Virus record (IMG/VR): IMGVR_UViG_3300028886_000045
From: a virus
Lineage: Duplodnaviria; Caudoviricetes
DNA length: 64,000 nucleotides
Strand: one strand, 5' to 3'
Positions 1 to 9,650 of the stretch are shown in pieces (the first letter of the stretch is position 1; every line of letters begins with the position of its first letter). Below the pieces are notes generated by a model, which saw nothing but the letters and a program-made list of their open reading frames with translations, was not told the origin of the DNA and did no database searches. A program made the position numbers and the translations under genes.

Positions 1-330
1 TTACAACAGAATACCCACCCATACACCCATTCCTATTAAACAAGCGCACCTCTAATGGATATTGCGGATGGCTTTCACACAACTCCTTCAGCCGTTTTGT
101 GTAGAAATCGCTTTCGTTCCTTTCTTTCGGCTTTATGTATTCTGCAATAGAAGCGTAAACGAATATCACGTCTTCATATATTTTGAATCTGTCACACCTA
201 CCGAATGCCAACCAACTTATATAAAGGGTCAAAGGGCGCGTTACCACCCCCATAAAGGAACATACGCACATTAAGGGAAACCCCACAATGTAGTACAATG
301 ACAACAGAAATCTTCTTAATACGTTCATGC

Positions 331-579
331 CTACTTTATTCTGAAACTTGATTTTGAAAAGCCTACGGAATCACGCATATCATAATACGCACTAACCTCC
401 CTTTTGCGATTTGCAAAAAGTCTATTATCCCTAAACCAAGGGTCTTGCCACGTTTTAGAACTATGGCTAAAATCGCACAGACAATACAAACCGCTACGCC
501 TTGACCCTTTGTTAGCGTATGGCTTTCTGTGTTCTTTTCCGCTTTCTATCGCCTTGAATAACATTTTGAATCCCCCCAA
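331..579 (-). CDS. hypothetical phage protein
   Basis: ORF on dominant coding strand; no recognised motif. Confidence 0.6.
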   Translation of the reverse strand: MGGFKMLFKAIESGKEHRKPYANKGSRRSGLYCLCDFSHSSKTWQDPWFRDNRLFANRKREVSAYYDMRDSVGFSKSSFRIK

Positions 580-756
580 AGTCTAATGCACAACTATCCC
601 CTATTATCCGCACATCTTTCCGCTTCCAATTTTTCATATCGTCTTTGTGCGTCCTTCATCGCGGAATCATACCCACACCTATATCCTATAAGTATGCCTA
701 CGAGAACGGCAATCATACCGCTCATAACACCCAAAATTAAATATGCTACTGCCATT

Positions 757-1026
757 TTACCAACCTCCTAATTGTTTTATGAATTTATCTACCTTTTCGC
801 ACAATGCAACCTCGCATTGACTGAATGGACATACTACCTTACAGAAAGCCTCTTGCGCTTTCCATTTATCTATCTTTTCTTGGTCTTGCGCACCTTTCTT
901 GTAGGCTTCCAACACAGACGAAACCCCATAGTCTTGTGAACTGTCTGCAAGTGCCACGTTGTACTTTTCGCTTTCTGCCCTATCCTTGATAGGAACATTC
1001 ATATCCTTTCTTGTTATCTTATCCAT
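757..1026 (-). CDS. small phage protein, 'AYxxGA-D' paralog family
   Basis: EAYKKGAQDQEKID...AFC motif shared with 1014..1301, 12478..12732, 5214..5429. Confidence 0.65.
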   Translation of the reverse strand: MDKITRKDMNVPIKDRAESEKYNVALADSSQDYGVSSVLEAYKKGAQDQEKIDKWKAQEAFCKVVCPFSQCEVALCEKVDKFIKQLGGW

Positions 1027-1301
1027 ATCAACGCCTCTAATTTTTCCTTGAACGCCCTATAACTTGCGCACGTCCCCCTTTCCGCACATTCGGCAATTCT
1101 ATCAATTATTGGGCATTCAGCCAAACAATGCGCTTTAAGTGCCTTTTCCATTGCGTCCTTTGCACACTTTTCGTACCCTTGCACATAGGCTTCACGTTTC
1201 TTTATCTGCAAATCCATCAAAGTGGTGTTTATATCCACTTCTGCATCTGCACCGATAATAGGGTATTTTTCCCTCGCATTCTGTTTTGCTAACTTTAGCA
1301 T
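1014..1301 (-). CDS. small phage protein, 'AYxxG' paralog family, C-terminal Cys cluster
   Basis: EAYVQGYEK...C-x3-C...C...C; overlaps neighbours as in an operon. Confidence 0.65.
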   Translation of the reverse strand: MLKLAKQNAREKYPIIGADAEVDINTTLMDLQIKKREAYVQGYEKCAKDAMEKALKAHCLAECPIIDRIAECAERGTCASYRAFKEKLEALIWIR

Positions 1302-1723
1302 ACACTATCGTATTTCGTACCTATCACTTCCAACGAATCGGTACAATGTTGGTATTCTGAAATATTAAACGCACCGCCTTTGAACTGAACCTCCAAATCT
1401 TCGTAATTTTCCTCCCATTCCGTTCCACACAAAGGTTTTTTCTGACCCATTGAAATCCTTACAATATCCCCTTCAAAGATTTTTCTTTTGTTCTTATCGC
1501 ACAACCCTGTGAACTGCCCCACCGTGTCTGAATCTACGAGGTGTATCAAGTCAAACCCCTCGCCATTGGCTGTATATCCGCTAACGTGTATCATATCACC
1601 GCCCATCTTATTCTTAACAAGGCTACCATACACGAAAGTACCGCTCGGAACATCATAGCCACCATCCCATCGCTTTAGACTATCAAATATCGTCTTTCCG
1701 CGAAATTCTATCGTTCTATTCAT
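1295..1723 (-). CDS. YopX family protein
   Basis: Start re-assigned to MNRTIEFRGK (ATG 1723); TVGQFTGLCDKN..IFEGDIV..EVIG motifs. Confidence 0.9.
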   Translation of the reverse strand: MNRTIEFRGKTIFDSLKRWDGGYDVPSGTFVYGSLVKNKMGGDMIHVSGYTANGEGFDLIHLVDSDTVGQFTGLCDKNKRKIFEGDIVRISMGQKKPLCGTEWEENYEDLEVQFKGGAFNISEYQHCTDSLEVIGTKYDSVC

Positions 1724-1982
1724 TTTCTTCTTCTTCTGCATCTTCAAACCAATCCAACAAAGTACCCGCGTCTTCGTTTCCGTCTTCGCGGTGCATTTGC
1801 TTGATAGTTTCAACATCTACTTCGTCAAATTCAATCGAGGGCATATATTTGAATGAAGGTATGTATATCTTACCACAATCATATTCACCCACCGACATCC
1901 CATCTGTTGCACTTGCTATTGCTTCTAATAGCCTTTCACAAAGCAAACGGATATTTTTCTGTTTGTCTGACTGCTTTTCCAT
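1716..1982 (-). CDS. hypothetical protein
   Basis: Tightly packed minus-strand ORF. Confidence 0.6.
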   Translation of the reverse strand: MEKQSDKQKNIRLLCERLLEAIASATDGMSVGEYDCGKIYIPSFKYMPSIEFDEVDVETIKQMHREDGNEDAGTLLDWFEDAEEEENE

Positions 1983-1984
1983 AT

Positions 1985-2203
1985 CTACATTAAATAACTA
2001 AGGCGTTCTATCGTTTCCGAATCCACCCAATCATTAAATTTCCTACAACTTGTTTGGTGTAACCCCGTAGCCAAACGACCACAACAGCAAAACATACCAC
2101 ATTCATTAGAAAGTTCGTCAAACACATCTTTGCGTGTCTTGACAAACTCACCCAAATGTTCGCGCTTTAGGACTTCCAACTTTTCCGCTTTCTTCATGTC
2201 CAT
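1985..2203 (-). CDS. hypothetical protein, possible Zn-binding (CCCG..H..C)
   Basis: FCCCGRLATGLHQTSC. Confidence 0.6.
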   Translation of the reverse strand: MDMKKAEKLEVLKREHLGEFVKTRKDVFDELSNECGMFCCCGRLATGLHQTSCRKFNDWVDSETIERLSYLM

Positions 2204-2466
2204 TCTGTGTCAATTTCAAACTCGGCTACACTATCTATGTAGTCATTTTCACTTCTCGTATAGCCCAAAAATTCACCATTTGCGAAATCCGCGTTTGTGA
2301 ATGTAGGGGTCTTTCCGAAATTGTGATATTCGGCAAAACCTTCATCTTCGTGTAATATTTCCAATATCACATCACTTGTTTTTCTGTGTCTGTAATAATT
2401 GTAGTTATATACGGATTTTGAAGGTATATGCTCGAAATCACGACTTACTATCTTATAGTGTGCCAT
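2194..2466 (-). CDS. hypothetical protein
   Basis: Tightly packed ORF. Confidence 0.6.
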   Translation of the reverse strand: MAHYKIVSRDFEHIPSKSVYNYNYYRHRKTSDVILEILHEDEGFAEYHNFGKTPTFTNADFANGEFLGYTRSENDYIDSVAEFEIDTEWT

Positions 2467-2469
2467 ACA

Positions 2470-2769
2470 CTAACGCTGATGTGACGCGCACCACTCGTTT
2501 GCTTGTGTTACAGACTTGAAACGCTTATCAATCACCTTTCCGTCTGCTTCCACGCGGAAATCACCCTTTCCCATCTTTACAATAGTAAGGTTATCGTACA
2601 CCTCACCCTTTGGCTTGAAAACCGTTGGTGTTACAACTGCCTTTGGCTTCTCTATTGTAGGCAATACAACCGCCTTTGTAGCATTCTTTACATTTGTAGC
2701 AACTGACTTGCAGAAATCCAAAGCCTCAGCGAGTGCCTTGTCTGCCTTACGCATTTTCTTGTTATTCAT
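2470..2769 (-). CDS. hypothetical protein
   Basis: Tightly packed ORF. Confidence 0.6.
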   Translation of the reverse strand: MNNKKMRKADKALAEALDFCKSVATNVKNATKAVVLPTIEKPKAVVTPTVFKPKGEVYDNLTIVKMGKGDFRVEADGKVIDKRFKSVTQANEWCASHQR

Positions 2770-2773
2770 ATTC

Positions 2774-2980
2774 TTATCTTTTGTTTTGTTTATTAAATAT
2801 TGCTTCTATCTTATCGGCAACCTCTTGCGCTTCTTCTTTTGTACGAAAGTAATTACCTTTTTCATATCGTTTCGTATCAGAAATTCTGTATATGTCAAAA
2901 TCGTAGTTTATGAATACATAATCATATACCCATACGAACCAATACAAACCGCCCTTTACGGCTCTCCATCTTTTTTCCAT
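2774..2980 (-). CDS. small phage protein, 'GNYF-T/S-xEA' family
   Basis: GNYFRTKEEAQE shared with C-terminus of 28537..29108. Confidence 0.65.
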   Translation of the reverse strand: MEKRWRAVKGGLYWFVWVYDYVFINYDFDIYRISDTKRYEKGNYFRTKEEAQEVADKIEAIFNKQNKR

Positions 2981-2998
2981 ATACTTTTGTTTTTGTAA

Positions 2999-3087
2999 AG
3001 AAATCGCAAAGCGTGGCTCAAAGGTGCTTGGTTTTCACCCCAAACCGCTATGTAGGACTTCAAACCTCGTTTCCCCTTGCGATTTCT
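2999..3087 (-). ncRNA. candidate structured intergenic RNA
   Basis: Closed by AGAAATCGCAA/TTGCGATTTCT inverted repeat; GC-rich interior with internal stems. Confidence 0.4.
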
Positions 3088-3096
3088 GTATTTTCT

Positions 3097-3369
3097 TTAA
3101 TCGTTGAATACCAATGTTGGCTTTAGTTCTTTGTATGTAAGATGTACCTTACGGCTTGAATACTTTCGGATAACCTTACCAACCACCTCGCCATTCAGCA
3201 AAATCTTGGTGTCCTTAATCCTATATCCTAACTTTAGAACATCGTAAACCTCACAAGGCATTACATTCTTGCTTGCATAGTTGGATTCAAAGCCGTTGAA
3301 TCTGTTTACCTTATCTATGCCTTCGCATACATATTGCATTAACGCTTGCTTTACCTTGTTATCTACCAT
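3097..3369 (-). CDS. hypothetical protein, first gene after a promoter
   Basis: ORF preceded by pseudoknot leader and promoter 3439..3470. Confidence 0.7.
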   Translation of the reverse strand: MVDNKVKQALMQYVCEGIDKVNRFNGFESNYASKNVMPCEVYDVLKLGYRIKDTKILLNGEVVGKVIRKYSSRKVHLTYKELKPTLVFND

Positions 3370-3377
3370 ATTTATAT

Positions 3378-3405
3378 ATGACCTTGTTATTCTCTCGGTC
3401 GTGAG
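3378..3405 (-). promoter_or_regulatory. conserved 5'-leader H-type pseudoknot motif, copy 1
   Basis: CTC-ACGACC-GAGAG-AATAACAA-GGTCAT, 8 nt before ATG 3369; near-identical at 59769 and 60034. Confidence 0.7.
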
Positions 3406-3438
3406 TTCTAAAATTTGTCTTTGTTTTTAATTACAATG

Positions 3439-3470
3439 CAAAGATACTACATTTTTCTGATATTTGCAAA
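3439..3470 (-). promoter_or_regulatory. Bacteroidetes primary-sigma promoter (representative of about 26 copies)
   Basis: TTTG-N20-TATCTTTG. Other -7 boxes (lowest coordinate) at 3673, 3910, 4382, 4549, 8033, 14996, 18660, 20886, 26326, 29470, 34754, 37346, 40041, 43943, 44686, 45451, 50472, 50730, 54161, 54466, 55207, 58820, 60095, 61379 on minus and 35099 on plus. Confidence 0.9.
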
Positions 3471-3542
3471 TTTTTTGCCAACTTTTTTCGATAAATTACC
3501 AACTTTTACCAATTTTGTAATCCCAACATGGCAATTACGCAT

Positions 3543-3665
3543 AAAAAAACGATGTAATCTTCACAGACTACACCGCTTTCCTTTAATTATATACCACGCT
3601 TTTCTCCGCTGAGAAAAGTAAATTAAAGAACCTATGATTAATTACTATTATATAACTACCTTTTC
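3543..3665 (-). ncRNA. candidate sRNA (promoter 3673..3704 to GUGA-loop terminator)
   Basis: No ORF; ends CGGUGUAGUCU-GUGA-AGAUUACAUCG-U7; internal CUUUUCUC/GAGAAAAG hairpin. Confidence 0.55.
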
Positions 3666-3726
3666 TTGGTTGCAAAGGTACTGCTTTTTTCTGACACATA
3701 CAAACTTTCTGCCAACTTTTTTTTGA

Positions 3727-3903
3727 TAAAAAAAATTAGGCACTATCCTCTCGGATAATACCTAATCAATTCGACTCCAAATTACGTCTGAAAAAAGAAA
3801 TATCTTATATTAACTAAAAACAGTATCTTTCAAAAAGTAAGGGGTATTTATCACAAATACCCCAAACCGCCTAAAATCCTAAATCATGAGTAAAATTCAA
3901 ATC
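3727..3903 (-). ncRNA. candidate tandem sRNAs (promoter 3910..3941, two hairpin-U units)
   Basis: GGGGUAUUU-GUGAU-AAAUACCCC, then AUUAGGUAUUAUCC-GAGA-GGAUAGUGCCUAAU-U tract; no ORF. Confidence 0.55.
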
Positions 3904-3959
3904 CCATTGCAAAGATACAAACATTTTTTGTATTATGCAAATTTTCTGACAACTTTTTT

Positions 3960-4295
3960 TCAAAGCGTTTCCAACCGCTTGCAAAAAAAACGATAATCTC
4001 TACACGCCCCTTCCGCGCATACCCTCCCTACCTTTTTTCCGCAACGTGTCAAACAGAATGCATCCTTTGCCCTAAATATCATTTCCTCTATACAATCGCT
4101 GAATGTAGGTATGCGGTTGTTCCTTTCGGTAAACTTTGTGACATACGAGATTTCCCTTTCGGCTTGCTCATCCGTCAAGGCATCACACGCTTTCAGTCGG
4201 TTGGCTTCCATTTCTTCACCACGGAACTTATAGCCATCCTCGTACCCCTTGCGATAAATCTTTTCCTCGCTGTCCTTTCTTTTCAATTCTTCCAT
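3960..4295 (-). CDS. phage protein, 'PTFSD' paralog family
   Basis: NRL.AC...ERE...F.E.....PTFSD.IE shared with 13826..14284. Confidence 0.7.
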   Translation of the reverse strand: MEELKRKDSEEKIYRKGYEDGYKFRGEEMEANRLKACDALTDEQAEREISYVTKFTERNNRIPTFSDCIEEMIFRAKDAFCLTRCGKKVGRVCAEGACRDYRFFCKRLETL

Positions 4296-4435
4296 ATTCT
4301 TTCAGATTAAAAATATGCGCAACCGCAAAGTGTCACGCATACTAAAATAACATAAAATGACAAAATAGAATAACTTTGGTACAAAGGTACGTTTTTTTTC
4401 TGATTTATGCAAATTTTCTACCAACTTTTTGACAC

Positions 4436-4543
4436 AAAAAAAAAGATGTACATTCTCACGAATATACATCCCTATCGCCTAAATTAATTTTTTAGTGTCA
4501 TCAAAAAAATTCTAAAACCTAAATATAAAATTATCTCTATGTC
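4436..4543 (-). ncRNA. candidate sRNA (promoter 4549..4580 to GUGA-loop terminator)
   Basis: GAUGUAUAUUC-GUGA-GAAUGUACAUC-U9; no ORF. Confidence 0.55.
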
Positions 4544-4642
4544 ACTTGCAAAGGTACGCTTTTTTATCCTACTATGCAAATTTTTTACCAACTTTCTTTT
4601 GTCTGCTACCAACTTTTACGGATTTTGCTATCTACACATTAC

Positions 4643-4676
4643 AAAAAAAGGTATCTACGCTCACGCGCAAATACCT
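4643..4676 (-). terminator. intrinsic terminator with GNRA loop
   Basis: AGGUAUUUGCGC-GUGA-GCGUAGAUACCU-U tract after 4729..4989. Confidence 0.8.
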
Positions 4677-4728
4677 CCCATTCAATAATTAATGTAACTG
4701 TGTAAATCAAAAAATCAAAACAAAAGTA

Positions 4729-4989
4729 TTATTCGGTATCATATATCCGCTCCCCTAACTTGGTTATTGCCATTTTAGCCACGGAATTATATTTGTCAAA
4801 CAAACTTAGCGAATCCACACTACCATTTACAACCCATTCGCCTACGGAGATTAACAACGCCACGCACGCCACAATCACCTTAACCTCTAAATATACCATA
4901 TATGCGATACAATAGTAAAGCACAAACAATATTCTTCTTATTATGCCGTTTATTCTTTTCATTCTTCTTATCCTTTCTGTACATCGCAA
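4729..4989 (-). CDS. membrane protein
   Basis: Hydrophobic ILFVLYYCIAYMVYLEVKVIVACVALLISV segment. Confidence 0.55.
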   Translation of the reverse strand: MRCTERIRRMKRINGIIRRILFVLYYCIAYMVYLEVKVIVACVALLISVGEWVVNGSVDSLSLFDKYNSVAKMAITKLGERIYDTE

Positions 4990-5210
4990 CTATCCCTATC
5001 CTTGTAATAGCCACACGCCTTATCTGTCACCTTTATAGTCTTAAATCCGCTATTGCTTCTTTTGCTTGGTAGCAACTCGCAACATTGCACGACCTTTGGA
5101 CTGAACTCATTCAATGCGAACCTTGCACGATACAAGCAAGTGCGACAATATTTCTGCTCCCCATTCTTCTGCTGTGGAACATCATCGAACAAAGACAACT
5201 CCTTACACAT
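4968..5210 (-). CDS. small Cys-rich protein
   Basis: CRTC..CC..AC; N-terminal ELSLF. Confidence 0.65.
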   Translation of the reverse strand: MCKELSLFDDVPQQKNGEQKYCRTCLYRARFALNEFSPKVVQCCELLPSKRSNSGFKTIKVTDKACGYYKDRDSCDVQKG

Positions 5211-5213
5211 ACA

Positions 5214-5429
5214 CTACACCCCCTTTTCTTCTTTTAAGGCTTTTGCGACTTCACCACCACGGAAACGCGATTTGTTCTCGCTTATCCATTCGCAGAACTT
5301 TTCACTCATATCTGACGCGCCCTTTTCGTAAGCCTCCTTTATCATACTATAAATAGTGTCGGAACGATATGGTAACGCCTTCATCATATCGTCTGCATAC
5401 TTTGTTGCCATTTCACTTATTCGTGCCAT
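5214..5429 (-). CDS. small phage protein, 'AYxxGA-D' family
   Basis: EAYEKGASD..EKFCEWI. Confidence 0.6.
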   Translation of the reverse strand: MARISEMATKYADDMMKALPYRSDTIYSMIKEAYEKGASDMSEKFCEWISENKSRFRGGEVAKALKEEKGV

Positions 5430-5673
5430 ACTTCTTTGCCCTTTTTATCCCTTTTCGCTTACGTTCTTTTCCATAACCGCTAAAATTCAACCGTAACTTT
5501 CACTTTCTTTATTTCTACCTTTTCCCCCTCGCTTACCATTCTGGCTATACGCATAGCCAAACTTCTAAACTTAAAGAACTTTGCGTATTCCAAATCTTCT
5601 GAGAATGCAAAATGTGGTGTATAAAACATTCCATCAGAACGCTCTATAATCCACCGCGTCAATTCCTTTTTTG

Positions 5674-6132
5674 TCATTTTCCTAACTCTGATAAAGTTTT
5701 TGTTACATTGCTTTCCGTTGAAATCGCGAGACCCTTATCAATCAATCGCATAAAGTCAAAATGCTTTCGCAAAAGCCAATCCAATCCACCCATTATATGC
5801 GATATGTCACCGATTGCATCCCACGGCTCATTATCTTCAAGCACATCAATTCGCCACCCTAACGCTTCAAACTCTCTTCTTTCCGCAAGGGTCATAGAAG
5901 ACATAGGTCTTAAAAATGGTCTGATATGTTCAACACCTACTTGATGGCAAAAGCCGAAAGAAAAAGAATTTGCCCTACCACTTCCGCATTCACCATTTAT
6001 AAAGAAACGAGTAAGTTTTGCAGTAGTACCACGACCGACCATGACAGTAAGGTCATACGTTGAAGCCATTGTAAGGAAACGCAAAAGCAAATTCTTTTCT
6101 TCTTCTGTTATGTTCAATCTCTTTATTTTCAT
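5674..6132 (-). CDS. phage protein, 'PYLRPMSSMT' paralog family
   Basis: LLLRFL..PFLRPMSSMT..DWL..HFDF..LI..GLAI; four copies in window. Confidence 0.75.
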   Translation of the reverse strand: MKIKRLNITEEEKNLLLRFLTMASTYDLTVMVGRGTTAKLTRFFINGECGSGRANSFSFGFCHQVGVEHIRPFLRPMSSMTLAERREFEALGWRIDVLEDNEPWDAIGDISHIMGGLDWLLRKHFDFMRLIDKGLAISTESNVTKTLSELGK

Positions 6133-6563
6133 TCTACCTTGAAATTATCTGCCACTTCATCCTCACCGCACAACCTCAAAGCGTGTTGCAGTTCGTGAAC
6201 GTAGGTTATTTCTACACCGCCCAACACCAAGAAAGGCGCACAGAATCCAAATATCTTTAGTTTATGGTTACATTCCCTAAACCAATCATACGTTGTCCCA
6301 TCGAACAAATATCCGTTTGCGACCAATATTTCAAATGTAAGCCTTATCGGAATACAAGTATTAAAAGGTCTTGACGCAATCCCCTTTGTTCGTGGTAACG
6401 TAACCTCCACCGTAATATCGTTAGGATTCTCGTAAGGGTCAAACACGCTTATTGATGTTACCCTCGCTGGGTACAAATCCTTTTCTTTTGGGTTGTCATT
6501 TGGGAATGAATACACATTTACCCAATCCCCCAACATTAACGACTTTATTTCTTGCATTTCCAT
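6129..6563 (-). CDS. phage protein, 'VHELQHALRL' family
   Basis: PI.LT..IL.ANG...VHELQHALRLCG..ADNFK shared with 11003..11461. Confidence 0.7.
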   Translation of the reverse strand: MEMQEIKSLMLGDWVNVYSFPNDNPKEKDLYPARVTSISVFDPYENPNDITVEVTLPRTKGIASRPFNTCIPIRLTFEILVANGYLFDGTTYDWFRECNHKLKIFGFCAPFLVLGGVEITYVHELQHALRLCGEDEVADNFKVE

Positions 6564-7261
6564 TTCCGCTATCTGTTATAGTTCGTATGCTTATGCAACC
6601 CCATAGACTTTACCTTGCTTTGAATACGTTTCTGCAAATGGCTTTCACCCTCTATCGTAAGTGACCCACCTAATTGCTTTTCCACGAAACCCATTATCTC
6701 CCTATTTGTAAACCCCCTTGCATTGGGATTACATCTTACAAAGTTCATGGTTTCCACTACAACCTTTTCAAATTCATCTCTTGACATATTGTTTCTGTAT
6801 TATTTTAGGTATCTGTTATTCTTTTATTTCGGACATTGAAAAATTTAACGACCACAACTTGCAATTAGGGTCAAAGTAGCCATGCTTATAGCATACTATT
6901 TCACCGATTTGTCTATGCACCGCGAAAAAGTAATCATTGTCATAGACATAACCGCTAAGAGTGCGTACCGCTAAAAGCCTACGAATGTTTTCCTTCTTGT
7001 TTTCCAAGAAAGTTTTCAAGTCGTGTGGGTACTTGTATTTCTTACTTTCTGAAACTTTCATACATTCTTTTTCTTTGTCTTTCAAACATTTCTTTATGAT
7101 ACTTTTCTGCCATTTCCGCGCGATGTTCAACCGACCAACTGAGCGCATAATCAAATCCCGCCAAATACGCGCGTTCTATCTGCTCCATGACTGCATCATC
7201 GTCTTTCAGTTTGAACACGCGCTTTCCGTATATACGCCCACGCTTCTTTATTTCCTTTCGA

Positions 7262-7732
7262 TTATACGTTTTCATTTTCATTCTTTAGGGAAATTCTAAT
7301 ATCCAAATTCTTATACAAAAGTTCTTCGTTTATAAGGTTGTAAGCGACCTTTTGCCTTATTTCACTTTGCATAATCTTTTGCAGACTACTTGAATATGTG
7401 CCGTGAATGATTTCACCCACTTGTCTCTTGACCTCCTCGGCAATCATATCCCTTATCATTTCCTTGGAAACTCCCACATCATTAATGATAAAGTTCTTAA
7501 CCGCCTTAAAGTTGGTCTTTCCGTCAATCAGCAACACAACCTCAATCGGTTCTTCATTATCCCACTTTGGGGTAATGTTAGGTGACAAATGGAACTGCTC
7601 GACATTATCAAGCCTTATCATGCACCTATTGGCATCATCATAAGTCCAAATGCCGTTTTCCTTATCCTTGTATGGTTTGTTTAGTGACAACCAAACCGAA
7701 CCATCCTTATCTTCGCAAAGCCATGCTTTCAT
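7262..7732 (-). CDS. phage protein, 'WLxxDKxG' family
   Basis: MKAWLCEDKDG..KP..P.W..EEP.EV shared with 24181..24387. Confidence 0.65.
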   Translation of the reverse strand: MKAWLCEDKDGSVWLSLNKPYKDKENGIWTYDDANRCMIRLDNVEQFHLSPNITPKWDNEEPIEVVLLIDGKTNFKAVKNFIINDVGVSKEMIRDMIAEEVKRQVGEIIHGTYSSSLQKIMQSEIRQKVAYNLINEELLYKNLDIRISLKNENENV

Positions 7733-8082
7733 AATTTAACCTCCTTTAATTAATTTATCTTTCTACTATTGCCCTTCTCTTGACTTCATTGTTTGGGTTC
7801 TTTAAGTATGTTTATGAATTTTCTGAGACGAGGGCAGATATTACCCTTGCAACGATATTTCCGCTTTTGGCAATCCAAAGCAAAGCACTCATATACTTCT
7901 TTTGTGCCATCATGCTTTTTCAGCACAGAATTATTCGGACACGACCACCGATAAGCCTCAATAGCCCTTTCTATATCCTCTTTTGTCATAGCACATACTT
8001 TTGTTTTTATTGTTACATTCTTAATTACGTTGCAAAAGTACAAAAATTATTTGAATTATGCAAATTTTTTACCAACTTTTTT

Positions 8083-8343
8083 CTATTTGTCGGTAATTTT
8101 TAACAAAGGAGGGTCATTTGGTCTTTTGTTCCAATTATAGATAGCAATACCCTCCAACCATTCAAGCGTATAACCATGCTTGTTTATTATGGCATCCGTC
8201 CTTTGCACCCTACACCTCGGACACTTCACGACTATCTTCTGCGACTTGGTGTATTCGTTCCCTATCCTATGCCATTGGGGAGTCGCACCACAGAAAGGAC
8301 ACGGCTTTAACCTTTCGTCTGTTGAATCATAATTTTGTACCAT
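8083..8343 (-). CDS. Lar-like restriction alleviation / Zn-ribbon protein
   Basis: LKPCPFCG..CPRC..AIYNWNKR pattern. Confidence 0.75.
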   Translation of the reverse strand: MVQNYDSTDERLKPCPFCGATPQWHRIGNEYTKSQKIVVKCPRCRVQRTDAIINKHGYTLEWLEGIAIYNWNKRPNDPPLLKITDK

Positions 8344-8384
8344 ATCTTTTAATCTTGTAAATCGCGTAATGTGTAACTAATGCG

Positions 8385-8530
8385 CCACAGTATATTAAAA
8401 TTTGAACAAACTTATCTGTTCGTTATTAACTTCTTGCTTCAACCTACCACTACTTTTTAGGTGGTAAAACCACGTTCATCCATAGTCGGATAGTCCGCAA
8501 GCGTAAATTTGGGTGTACTGCACCCTATTA
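8385..8530 (-). ncRNA. putative TnpB omega-RNA / element right end (approximate)
   Basis: Expected position overlapping tnpB 3' end; hairpins including GAACAGAU/GUUUGUUC at about 8404..8421; TTGAAC(A) motifs also upstream at about 9686..9703. Confidence 0.4.
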
Positions 8531-9650
8531 TTCTTAAACCCTCGTCAAGTATATTCAATGCTGCATTGTAGTCCCTTTCAACCACTTCACCACATTGGGA
8601 ACAAACCCATCGTCTGTCATTTAATGTGAGGCTTTTGTTGATGTAGCCACAATTATGACACGTTTTACTTGATGGGTAAAACCTATCAACAAACACTATC
8701 TTTCGGTTATACCACCGTGCCTTGTATTCAAGCATCCTACGAAACTCGCCAAAATTCATTTCACAGATACTTTCAGCAAGGTTGTGGTTTTTAACCATTC
8801 CTTTCACGTTCAAGTCTTCCATACATATGACTTGGTTTTCGTCAATGAGTGAATTACTTACTGCGTGGAGATAGTATTGCTTCCTATCGTTTATCTTCTT
8901 ATATGTTTTTGCAAGCCTTATCCTTGCCTTGTTTCTGTTGTTACTTCCTTTTCGTTTCCTTGCCAACTGACATTGTAGCCTCTTAATCTTCTTTGTCTCA
9001 GGCTTCTTAAAATGAAGATTTTTGAATACTTCTCCGTCACTTGTTATCACAAAGTCCTTAATACCTAAATCTATGCCAACGGCAGACTTTGTTTCTTTTA
9101 CCTTATGCGTCAAATCACCGTCAACCAATATTGACAAATAATATTCGCCACATGGTAGTCTTGTTAATGTTGCTTGCTTTATATTGTCGTGATGTTTCTG
9201 CAAATACTGAGCATATTTCTCATTACATCTGAACTTGACATTTCTTATATTAGCAAGTGAAAGATGATATGTTGTATAGTCGTTACGTTTGGATATTGCA
9301 CCAAGTTCAAATCTGCAACTTTGCTTGTTGTCGTGCTTTGACTTGAATTTAGGAAATCCATTATGCTTTTCAAAGAAATTATTGTATGCTGACAACATAT
9401 CTTTCACGGCTTGTTTGAGAACCTTTGTATTCTGTTCTCTAAGCCAAATGAAATTATCATCCTTCAATAGTTCGTGATGTACAAACAGCCCAAGCGTAGA
9501 AAGGTTTTCCGATTTACCGTCATTCTTGTATGATTCAATCTTTCTGTTAAGGCATTGGTTATAGACAACACGGTAGCAACCAAGCAACTTGCTTATCATT
9601 GTTGCTTGCTCCTTGTTTGGATATAATCGTATCTTTACCGCCCTTAACAT
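8457..9650 (-). mobile_element. tnpB: RNA-guided endonuclease TnpB (IS200/IS605/IS607 superfamily), no transposase alongside
   Basis: MLRAVKIRLYP N-terminus; RuvC-I GIDLG; RuvC-II MEDL; CHNCG/CSQCG Zn finger; RuvC-III RDYNAA. Confidence 0.95.

Noticed and set aside
2999-3087. Hammerhead ribozyme
   Set aside because: No CUGANGA core correctly placed relative to GAAA.
3378-3405. preQ1-I riboswitch
   Set aside because: Similar compact pseudoknot with an A-rich loop, but the preQ1 loop consensus is not evident and downstream genes are unrelated to queuosine.
3420-4730. CRISPR- or TIGR-like array
   Set aside because: The recurring sequences are promoters and non-identical hairpins with irregular spacing; no constant repeat/spacer period and no cas-like genes seen.
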